A stretch of 64,000 nucleotides of DNA from a virus (lineage: Duplodnaviria > Heunggongvirae > Uroviricota > Caudoviricetes > Demerecviridae), in the IMG/VR virus record IMGVR_UViG_2974570554_000001. One strand, 5' to 3'. The notes beneath the pieces were generated by a model. That model had not been told where the DNA came from and made no database searches. It saw nothing but the letters and a program-made list of their open reading frames with translations. Numbering within the stretch: the first letter of the stretch is position 1; each line of letters opens with the position of its first letter. Of this stretch, positions 54,715 through 62,075 are shown piece after piece. The position numbers and the translations under genes were made by a program.

Positions 54715-55020
54715 TCATTTACGATTCGGCTCATAGTCTATGTGCTCTAGCACTTCGTGTAACACTTCTCCCTTACTTAATATCTTAGTCAGTGCACCGA
54801 ATAACGCACCTGTAGTATTTAAGTTGTAAGGGAAAGTAAATCCTTGTCTAGTAGGCATCCATGAATCATCTATATCTATGACCCACTTTCTCATGCCTAG
54901 ATACAGATTGCCTCGAAACTCTGAGACTGTTAGACGAATCTGGGTGTCTTTCTCAAAACTCTCGTAGATTATTTCGTCTAACAGATCATCATGCCCGTTG
55001 TAGTTATCGGTTACGTCCAT
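54715..55020 (-). CDS. PC4-like ssDNA-binding / transcriptional coactivator domain protein
   Basis: RLTVSEFRGNLYLGMRKW..P.RQG PC4 signature; conserved in T5. Confidence 0.85.
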   Translation of the reverse strand: MDVTDNYNGHDDLLDEIIYESFEKDTQIRLTVSEFRGNLYLGMRKWVIDIDDSWMPTRQGFTFPYNLNTTGALFGALTKILSKGEVLHEVLEHIDYEPNRK

Positions 55021-55324
55021 TACGTAGTTCCGCTGCTAACGGAGACATGCGACGTACATCTTTAGCACTTAGGATACGGAACTTGTCGTTAGTCCAACTA
55101 AAGACTATTACGTTGTCCTGCATTAGTGCTTGACCTTGAAGAGCTGATAGGCAGACATTAGGAGTCAGACCAGCTTTACCTGAGGCGTGTTTTGCCTGGA
55201 TGTATTTGTTGTCGAAGTCAGTAGTACCGACTAGGTAAGTTGTACCTTTGCCAGTATGTTTACGGTAGTATAGATAGAAATCACCGTGTTTGTCAGCCTG
55301 TTCTAGAATATGATTTAATTTCAT
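55004..55324 (-). CDS. Conserved T5-like hypothetical protein (106 aa)
   Basis: HGDFYLYYRK..GT.DFDNKYI..FSW..DKFR; slot after D3. Confidence 0.7.
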   Translation of the reverse strand: MKLNHILEQADKHGDFYLYYRKHTGKGTTYLVGTTDFDNKYIQAKHASGKAGLTPNVCLSALQGQALMQDNVIVFSWTNDKFRILSAKDVRRMSPLAAELRNGRNR

Positions 55325-55363
55325 AGCAACTTTCCTATGTTATTTAGAGAGGGGAGGTGACGA

Positions 55364-55774
55364 TTACTCGTCGTCACCCATTGTGCGGATTGCGCCAGCA
55401 AGAGCCTGCGCTGCTTTACCAGTAAGTTTTTCGATTACTTCCATTAGTTCGTCACTAACTTCAGCACCACCGTCTTGAAGAGCTGATACTAGCTCTGCTT
55501 GAGCGTCAGCTTTAGACATTTTCTTACCGCCAGTTGAAGCTGCTTTAGCTTTTGGAGCTTTAGTTGCTTTGATGTAAACTGGATTACCGTCGTCGTCAGT
55601 TGCACGTTGTAGAATTGCACGAACAGAGTTTACGGAGAAGTCTAGTTCATCAGCGATACCTTTACAAACTTCTGTAGAGTTTGTTGCACGATCAGCTTCT
55701 TCGAATTTGCCAATACGTTCTAGGTACATTTCAACAGCTTCTGCGCGTAGTTCATCAGTCCAAGTGTTAGCCAT
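55364..55774 (-). CDS. D3: D3 DNA-binding protein
   Basis: 136 aa; WTDELR..IADEL..SVNSVRAIL..VYIK; SKADAQAEL. Confidence 0.85.
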   Translation of the reverse strand: MANTWTDELRAEAVEMYLERIGKFEEADRATNSTEVCKGIADELDFSVNSVRAILQRATDDDGNPVYIKATKAPKAKAASTGGKKMSKADAQAELVSALQDGGAEVSDELMEVIEKLTGKAAQALAGAIRTMGDDE

Positions 55775-55817
55775 AAATTTATTTTCCTTTTGGTTTGTTG
55801 TTTAACTTTGAGATTAT

Positions 55818-55846
55818 ATTATACGAAGTTTTCAGTGTTTTAGCAA
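55818..55846 (-). promoter_or_regulatory. Early promoter for D3
   Basis: TTGCTA-N17-TATAAT followed by ATAATCTCAAAGTT. Confidence 0.78.
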
Positions 55847-55854
55847 TTCAAGTT

Positions 55855-56685
55855 TTATTTAGATTTGCGTGCTGCCAGCAATGCTTTGTTTAGCATTTCA
55901 ATACACGCTGTACCATTTAGGTACGTACCACGGCTCTTAATATCGACACCTAGTTTTTCAAGATGACGAAGAGAACCAATGTCCCAGTACATTACGTTTA
56001 CATACTGGTGACGGTCAGCATCTAGCAGGTATAGGCGGTAAGCTTTACCTTGTTTGCTAGGTACTTCTTTCACAACTTCTGCAAGACATTGGTAGCCAGG
56101 TAGCCACACAATCTCACCTTTGAAGTCAATAGCGCACTCAGGACGCCATTTACCCGCTTGAGAGCGTACATCTACAGTCTGTGCAGGCTGCCAACCTTTC
56201 TCAGCAATGATTTTCTTCTTCTGAGCATCGAACTCAGCCAGAGAGTTACATTCGAACTCAACACGCTCACGACAAGCGAAGTCTGGTTCTAAAAGAACAC
56301 ATTCTTCTGGTAGAAGTGGTGGATTCAGTGGGTTACGTTCACCACGAGCACGGATAAGAGCACCTGCGAGTTCTAGGCGATGTTTGATATACGCAGTAGA
56401 ACGGTAGTAACGTTTTGATAGTTCTTCGAACGTGGCTTCATCAAAGTAATCTTCGATGATATTAGCTAGTTCTGTACCTGTACATGGCTGACGACGTTTT
56501 TCTTTACGCATACGCGCTGAAACTTCTAGCTCATTTTTGTATTCTTCGATACGAGATTCCATTGTTTTGTTGTTAGAAACACCAAGAATCTCACAAGCAC
56601 CTTTCTTAGTGCCACCGTTTTCTAGCCATGCAATAGCTTTCTTGAATTGATCTTCTGTAATATCCGCACGTTGACGTCTAGCCAT
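55855..56685 (-). CDS. D2: D2 protein
   Basis: LENGGTKKGACEILGVS motif characteristic of T5 D2. Confidence 0.85.
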   Translation of the reverse strand: MARRQRADITEDQFKKAIAWLENGGTKKGACEILGVSNNKTMESRIEEYKNELEVSARMRKEKRRQPCTGTELANIIEDYFDEATFEELSKRYYRSTAYIKHRLELAGALIRARGERNPLNPPLLPEECVLLEPDFACRERVEFECNSLAEFDAQKKKIIAEKGWQPAQTVDVRSQAGKWRPECAIDFKGEIVWLPGYQCLAEVVKEVPSKQGKAYRLYLLDADRHQYVNVMYWDIGSLRHLEKLGVDIKSRGTYLNGTACIEMLNKALLAARKSK

Positions 56686-56694
56686 GATTAGCTC

Positions 56695-56910
56695 CTAATA
56701 ATTTGCATTACCACACTGAGAACAGTGGGGACATGAGTGAGTTATCTTATTCCAACTAAATAACATGAATAAGAGATAGAATGGAAAGTAAAATCCGAAA
56801 GTTATTACTGTGAGTACAGCATGTATCCATAAGGATGGTGGCTCATAAATAACATCGTGAACCGTATCTTCCCAACAACACTCACAGAACTTTATTACTG
56901 GTTGGGTCAT
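56695..56910 (-). CDS. LITAF-like zinc-ribbon membrane miniprotein (71 aa)
   Basis: CECC, a hydrophobic segment, then HSCPHC. Confidence 0.65.
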   Translation of the reverse strand: MTQPVIKFCECCWEDTVHDVIYEPPSLWIHAVLTVITFGFYFPFYLLFMLFSWNKITHSCPHCSQCGNANY

Positions 56911-57113
56911 AGTCCGAACCCATTACCGAACAAATCACTTAAAGGATTTGCTTTTTTATTTTCGTTCATTTTAGCAAGGAATCGTAAGTTCTGCAATTCC
57001 TTTTTTAATTTTTCTTCGCACTTAGCGCAACGAACAACACAACCTTTAGCAAGTCTGCCATCTTCTATTTCTATAGCGATTTTGTTGCAGCCAGCGCATT
57101 TAATAAAACGCAT
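56907..57113 (-). CDS. Zn-finger hypothetical protein (68 aa)
   Basis: CAGC..CAKC; GGAG SD. Confidence 0.65.
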   Translation of the reverse strand: MRFIKCAGCNKIAIEIEDGRLAKGCVVRCAKCEEKLKKELQNLRFLAKMNENKKANPLSDLFGNGFGL

Positions 57114-57123
57114 GTTAGGTCTC

Positions 57124-57375
57124 CTATGAATAAACTACAAACGGAGCTACTTTAACTTTAGTAGCTAGGCACTCGGCTTCTGTTAGGTCTTTCTCTATTG
57201 GCATCTTGCCTAGGAAGTGACAGAACTCCCCCTTACCAATATAGTCCCAGTCCCAACTGCAAGCAGTACCGCGCTCTAAGAATGGTTCTGTAGGGTAGCC
57301 ATACATTTCACCATCACTATCTACCGCAATCCAATTTAGTACATCAGACGCATGACCTAGTTCTTTATCTGCCAT
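57124..57375 (-). CDS. Hypothetical protein (83 aa)
   Basis: GAGGA SD; WIAVDSDGEMYGY motif common in phage small proteins. Confidence 0.7.
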   Translation of the reverse strand: MADKELGHASDVLNWIAVDSDGEMYGYPTEPFLERGTACSWDWDYIGKGEFCHFLGKMPIEKDLTEAECLATKVKVAPFVVYS

Positions 57376-57405
57376 GTTTTAATCCTCTTTTCAATTTATG
57401 AGATT

Positions 57406-57434
57406 ATTATATTACATATCACACATGTCTGCAA
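57406..57434 (-). promoter_or_regulatory. PN25-like early promoter
   Basis: TTGCAG-N17-TATAAT followed by AATCTCATAAATTGAAAAGAGG. Confidence 0.78.
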
Positions 57435-57567
57435 TTGAATTTTCAATATTTTGAATCTCTGGCTGTATGAAAGACCAATCCAATCCGAAGTTACCTTTCT
57501 CGGAGTAATTCCAAGCACATGCGCAGATAAGTCCAACAGTAACGTTGAATATTAATATTTTCCACAC
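57412..57567 (-). CDS. Small membrane/secreted peptide (51 aa, GTG start; not in ORF track)
   Basis: GGAGG SD; MWKILIFNVTVGLICACAWNYSEK hydrophobic N-terminus. Confidence 0.55.
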   Translation of the reverse strand: MWKILIFNVTVGLICACAWNYSEKGNFGLDWSFIQPEIQNIENSIADMCDM

Positions 57568-57710
57568 AGCTTATCCTCCACTAGAGATGAAATTCTTCTC
57601 TCTATCTTTTTATAATATATCGCAGGTCTTGTAGTTACCTTGACGGGTTTCGGAAAGTTGAGTATTTCTGGATGCCTAGCAACTATTGGTGGAACAACTC
57701 TACATAGCAT
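57552..57710 (-). CDS. Small basic protein (52 aa; not in ORF track)
   Basis: GAGGA SD; MLCRVVPPIVARHPE...; fills the gap between neighbours. Confidence 0.5.
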   Translation of the reverse strand: MLCRVVPPIVARHPEILNFPKPVKVTTRPAIYYKKIERRISSLVEDKLCGKY

Positions 57711-57936
57711 AGTTTTCTTCCTCATGGTCAGGAACTACTGCATAGAGCTTATTATATATAGTATTTCCTACTAAAGGGCAGGTAAAGACTCTGCGCTTAA
57801 ACTTTCGTTCAGTCTTATCATAGATTGTACCCCAAGTCTTGTTGGCTAAATCTATAATATGGTCACGCTCTTTTTCAGTGTACTTTCTAGTTTTAAGTAG
57901 CCACTCTATAGTGCCCACTGATTCTTCTCTATCCAT
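57700..57936 (-). CDS. Hypothetical protein (78 aa)
   Basis: AGGTG SD downstream of obp. Confidence 0.65.
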   Translation of the reverse strand: MDREESVGTIEWLLKTRKYTEKERDHIIDLANKTWGTIYDKTERKFKRRVFTCPLVGNTIYNKLYAVVPDHEEENYAM

Positions 57937-57985
57937 AGTTCACCTATTAGTTTGTTGAGATGTAAAAAAGTAGGGCTTTCAGTCC

Positions 57986-60775
57986 CTACAGTAGTAATAC
58001 GTCTTTATCACCTAGCATTGATAGCTCAAACTCAGTCATAAACTCAGTTGGAATCTGAATGCCTTCGATTTTGCAGTAAGTACGATACCAGCCAACAATG
58101 TTATCGAAATCACCCGGCTCGTTAATCCCCATCATTTTGAAGTAGCGTTTAATACGCCACGGCTCTGTACGTACATCTAGACCAGTACATTGATACCATT
58201 CACTAGGGAATCTCTTCAAATGATTGATAAAGGGGTCATAACTAGCTTCACAAGACTTAATAATCTTCCAAAACTTCTTATGTACTTTATGGAAGAAGGC
58301 TGCACGGTCATGCGGTTTCTGTTTCAGCCACAACTCAACCATTTCTTCGTTAACATCACCTAAGTCGTCTACATCCTCGTAGTAACGAGTAATAAACTGC
58401 TTCACCTCCCAAGCATCGTTATGACGCTGTAGCTGGAAGCTAGGCGTTGCCGATAGAATCGCATTAACTCGTTCTTCGTGATACTCAGAGTTAGCCGATT
58501 CAATTGTACCCCATTTGCCTGGGTCTAGGGAGATAGAACAACCTTGGTCACGTAGTAGCATACGGAAGGTTGACTTATATTTGCTACATTCTTCTTCTCG
58601 TCGTTTAGCAAAAATCTTACGACAACGCTGTAGCCAGCCTAGCGATTCTTCATACTTATCAGCACCAGCTTTAAACCCTTCGGTAGCCGGAGCAGTGTAG
58701 TAATAGATAGTTCTCGCACCACGGTCACGTCGAAGTGCTTGGAATCGTAGGTTTGGGGCATGAATACCTGAATCTCGTGTAATTAGGAATACAGTATCGA
58801 AATAACTGAAATCCACCCCACTAGTAACAGAAGGGCTACACAGTAAGCCATCAACTCTTTGTTGTTGAAGTGACGGGTTTCCATATGTTAGAATCTCCTT
58901 AATATCCGCATCTTTCGTAGAGTTCTTATGAATCTCCTTGATATTAGCTGCGGTTACACTTCTAAGAGCGATACCTTTCTCATTCAGTTCATCCGGTGAG
59001 CAGTCAGATACAAGCAAGCATTTCTCACCAATCTCTAGAGCACCTTGCATTGCAGCCCATACAGAGTTTTCATCAAACAGTTCGATAGCTTGAGCATTAG
59101 CTAGCATCTTTCTGTCGTGTTGATAAATAACTACTTGTTTTACAGGGTCACATAGACGAGCATACGCTTCAATAGTCTCAGGAGAAATATCACCATCCGA
59201 CAATACTACGTACTTAGCCTCTTGCAAGATTAGTTTCAGGGTCTTAATACACTTATCCTTCTCCTTGATTAGATCGCTGAAAAGAATGTCGTTCATTACG
59301 GCATCACATTCATCAATGAATACCATATCAAGACCTTTCTGATTGATTGTGTCGTAGAAACGGTGTAGCGAGTGAATAGTAGTTGACATACGGTCAATCT
59401 TACCATCACGAAACTCAGTGTAATCTTTCAGTTTATTATAACATCCAGATTCAAGTTTCTTAGCGTTACCTTCTACTAGAGAAACGGTGTTTGTAATAGA
59501 CAGAAAACGTCCTTTGAACAAACCGCTAGCCAACCAAGTCTGAACAGTTGTAGTTTTACCAGTACCAAGACTAGCTTTTACAAACGTCAGAGAATCTTCT
59601 GGTGGTAGATGGTTAATCTTCAAGAATCTGTCATTATCTGCACTGTCAGTCGCTTCATCTCTAACTGGAAGCATAGTAGATACTGTTGGGTCAGATGATA
59701 CATTGATATTACCATCAACCTTACGAAGACTACGAGATAGAATAATCTTGAGTGCTGCTTCCTTAGCGTTACCAATATATTCCTTAACAGAACGAGTTCT
59801 ATTCTCATACCCTTCTAGAATCTTCTCTACTTGAGCATCTAGCCAGTTAATATCTACACCCTGCTCTACTGCTGCACAGTAAACAGAGATGGTGTGTCGC
59901 ATGAATACGTTATCTTTTGCTTCTTTCAGCGTTTCAATACGCTTTTCGAAGTCCTTGCTAGGAAAGTCATGTAGACCCTCTATACCAGTAATATAAGAAA
60001 AATGCTCCTTTTTAAGGACATAATTCGAGATACCCTGGTACTCTTGCAAGTTTTCTGGCAATGTAATACTATCCCCAAGAATATGCACTGCTCTATCCTT
60101 ATCCTTAAATGGGTTGATCTCTGGATTCTCAAATACTGGTTCAGCAGTATACATCAAGTGTACTTTATCATAAACCGAAGTATCCAGTAGCTCAAAACCA
60201 TACTCTTCCTGAGCTTTCTTATTCAACTGATATGACAGGTACTTTAGCTGACCGTTAGACACGGCTTTGCTAGTCTGCATGTACATATGCAAACGAATAC
60301 CTGGCTTAATACCTGCACTACCACTAGCTTTAGCGATAAATGCTGGACTATCAGGAAAGATGTCAGGCTCTAGTTTACGTAGAAGATCAATACAGTATCT
60401 GCCTTGGTCTTCAATAGACATTCCCTCACGAGGGGCTGAAATACCATCAATATCCATATGAATAATACGAGAACGTACAGAACAGTTAAATGTTTCTGCA
60501 TTACGTCTAATATTACGGATATTAGAAATAGGGGCAGCTCGAACTAGAGCCACCTCTGGATTCTTTTGGTACTCTGAAATCAGCTTAAACGTCTGGTCTA
60601 GAGAGTTAGGGTTAGTCGACTCTATCACGTTAAAGAACTTAGGCATGATAGGGTCTACAGATTTGCCATTTTTGTCAAAAACTTTTGCTAAACGAACTTT
60701 GCTATCTGGAGCGGGTTCGATGTACTCGTTTCCAGAAAAGTAAGGCTTAAATACGCCCTCGATAAACGTTAGCAT
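57986..60775 (-). CDS. obp: Replication origin-binding protein (primase-polymerase-like N-domain + UL9-like SF2 helicase)
   Basis: 929 aa; HMDIDG and RLHMY N-domain motifs; SLGTGKTT, VFIDECD, SPSVTSGVDF and QALRRDR helicase motifs. Confidence 0.88.
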   Translation of the reverse strand: MLTFIEGVFKPYFSGNEYIEPAPDSKVRLAKVFDKNGKSVDPIMPKFFNVIESTNPNSLDQTFKLISEYQKNPEVALVRAAPISNIRNIRRNAETFNCSVRSRIIHMDIDGISAPREGMSIEDQGRYCIDLLRKLEPDIFPDSPAFIAKASGSAGIKPGIRLHMYMQTSKAVSNGQLKYLSYQLNKKAQEEYGFELLDTSVYDKVHLMYTAEPVFENPEINPFKDKDRAVHILGDSITLPENLQEYQGISNYVLKKEHFSYITGIEGLHDFPSKDFEKRIETLKEAKDNVFMRHTISVYCAAVEQGVDINWLDAQVEKILEGYENRTRSVKEYIGNAKEAALKIILSRSLRKVDGNINVSSDPTVSTMLPVRDEATDSADNDRFLKINHLPPEDSLTFVKASLGTGKTTTVQTWLASGLFKGRFLSITNTVSLVEGNAKKLESGCYNKLKDYTEFRDGKIDRMSTTIHSLHRFYDTINQKGLDMVFIDECDAVMNDILFSDLIKEKDKCIKTLKLILQEAKYVVLSDGDISPETIEAYARLCDPVKQVVIYQHDRKMLANAQAIELFDENSVWAAMQGALEIGEKCLLVSDCSPDELNEKGIALRSVTAANIKEIHKNSTKDADIKEILTYGNPSLQQQRVDGLLCSPSVTSGVDFSYFDTVFLITRDSGIHAPNLRFQALRRDRGARTIYYYTAPATEGFKAGADKYEESLGWLQRCRKIFAKRREEECSKYKSTFRMLLRDQGCSISLDPGKWGTIESANSEYHEERVNAILSATPSFQLQRHNDAWEVKQFITRYYEDVDDLGDVNEEMVELWLKQKPHDRAAFFHKVHKKFWKIIKSCEASYDPFINHLKRFPSEWYQCTGLDVRTEPWRIKRYFKMMGINEPGDFDNIVGWYRTYCKIEGIQIPTEFMTEFELSMLGDKDVLLL

Positions 60776-61427
60776 TAATAATCTCCCATGTTAGTTAAAC
60801 ATATACATTTAAAGTGTGTAATACCAAAACCATTACTAATACCGACTTTCACTAGCTATCCTGAACGCACTCCCTCAGAGATCATCATGGACACAGACTT
60901 CACTAGCTTCATTCTCTACGTAACCCTTGCATATCCCTACTCCAATTGTAGGTCGGTTAGTCACTCAATCCCGATTCGCGTACTACTTCCACTAGGTGGT
61001 GGGCGAGTCTTCCTCCGTTAGACAATATGTTACTACCATCGCTATCCTTGGCGATAGGTACGTTGTTCGTTGGCTTCTGGAACTCCCCCATTAACATCCA
61101 ACCGGAACACTTAGTTTTTGTTACCATTCCACTCTTATACCAATCAAGAATATACCAAAATACGGAAGACTCCCACAGAGATCACTGCCTTAAGTACCCC
61201 AATATATCTATCATACTCACATATTATGTGCCACATAACCTTGTACCTCCGGAGCATTTCCGAGTCATACCAAAATCAGTTACCAGCGATGTGGACGCCA
61301 TACAGTTAGCCAAACTATACGGGTAAGTTATTTTTATAGACACTCCTAGAATGCCCATAAAGATAACGGGGTAGAGGGCACTACCCCAGGAGAAGCGTAA
61401 TATGGAAATCGACTCTTTCGAATCAAT
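60776..61427 (-). ncRNA. Candidate ~650-nt structured non-coding RNA / obp leader
   Basis: Own promoter, no - strand ORF of 60 aa or more, GAAA-tetraloop hairpin at +1, many stems, a long-range helix and a possible pseudoknot. Confidence 0.5.
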
Positions 61428-61433
61428 ACATAT

Positions 61434-61462
61434 ATTTTATAACATCTGGTTAACAATGTCAA
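61434..61462 (-). promoter_or_regulatory. Promoter driving the non-coding region and obp
   Basis: TTGACA-N17-TAAAAT. Confidence 0.75.
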
Positions 61463-61486
61463 ACTAAAAACTTTAATTGTTAACTG

Positions 61487-61801
61487 CTAACTGATGCCAA
61501 GCATCTTGCAACCGAGTTCCATTTTCAACTCTTTAGCGATTTGTTTGCCTTGACCTTCGACGAAGTGCTTATAATTATTAGGACGAATTATATGCTCTGA
61601 GTGATGGACTAAGGCATCATAATAAACTTCCGCGATAACTTTGAGTTCGGGATATTCTGCTAATAGGTCTACTTTTTCCTGTAGATTGCATTTACGGACA
61701 GTATGTGCATGTCCTTCTGGGTCAACAACGGTGACATTAACATTCGATACCAAATGTTTTAGAATCTCCGTCAAATAACGTACTTTATCTGTCATATTCA
61801 T
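61487..61801 (-). CDS. Hypothetical protein (104 aa)
   Basis: AGGA SD favours the start at 61801; own promoter at 61835-61864. Confidence 0.65.
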   Translation of the reverse strand: MNMTDKVRYLTEILKHLVSNVNVTVVDPEGHAHTVRKCNLQEKVDLLAEYPELKVIAEVYYDALVHHSEHIIRPNNYKHFVEGQGKQIAKELKMELGCKMLGIS

Positions 61802-61834
61802 TAAAATTTTCCTATGTCTTCTGAAACTGCATAT

Positions 61835-61864
61835 ATTATACGATAAATTGGGGCATCCTGGCAA
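61835..61864 (-). promoter_or_regulatory. Early promoter
   Basis: TTGCCA-N18-TATAAT. Confidence 0.55.
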
Positions 61865-61993
61865 ATACATTTTTGCTCTACTGCCAAACTCGTTCGCCCA
61901 TAATATAAGTATGATGTCAAGTACCACATTTTAGGGAAACTTGTCAACTTGATTTTTACGATAAAAGGCATAGCAGAAACTTAAAAACTTTAA

Positions 61994-62022
61994 TTGATCT
62001 GGATCAAGTTTTTTGCTATAAT
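61994..62022 (+). promoter_or_regulatory. nrdD promoter with an overlapping perfect FNR box
   Basis: TTGATC-N17-TATAAT; TTGAT-CTGG-ATCAA at 61994-62007. Confidence 0.7.
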
Positions 62023-62075
62023 ATATGTCCAATTTGGGAATTTTATAAACCAACCACAGACGTTGGAGGAGAAGT

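Noticed and set aside
57412-57567. Possible llp-like lipoprotein (LICAC)
   Set aside because: The lipobox is non-canonical and the location is far from the RBP; kept only as a small membrane peptide
319-61326. Many ORF-track entries antisense to or nested in real genes (e.g. 319-663, 5473-5697, 18847-19302, 27403-27807, 43694-44242, 60788-61021, 61027-61326)
   Set aside because: No SD, they overlap well-supported genes or oppose the local promoter, and their composition is shadow-like
62010-62030. NrdR box near the nrdD promoter
   Set aside because: The AT-rich sequence does not fit the acaCwAtATaTwGtgt spacing
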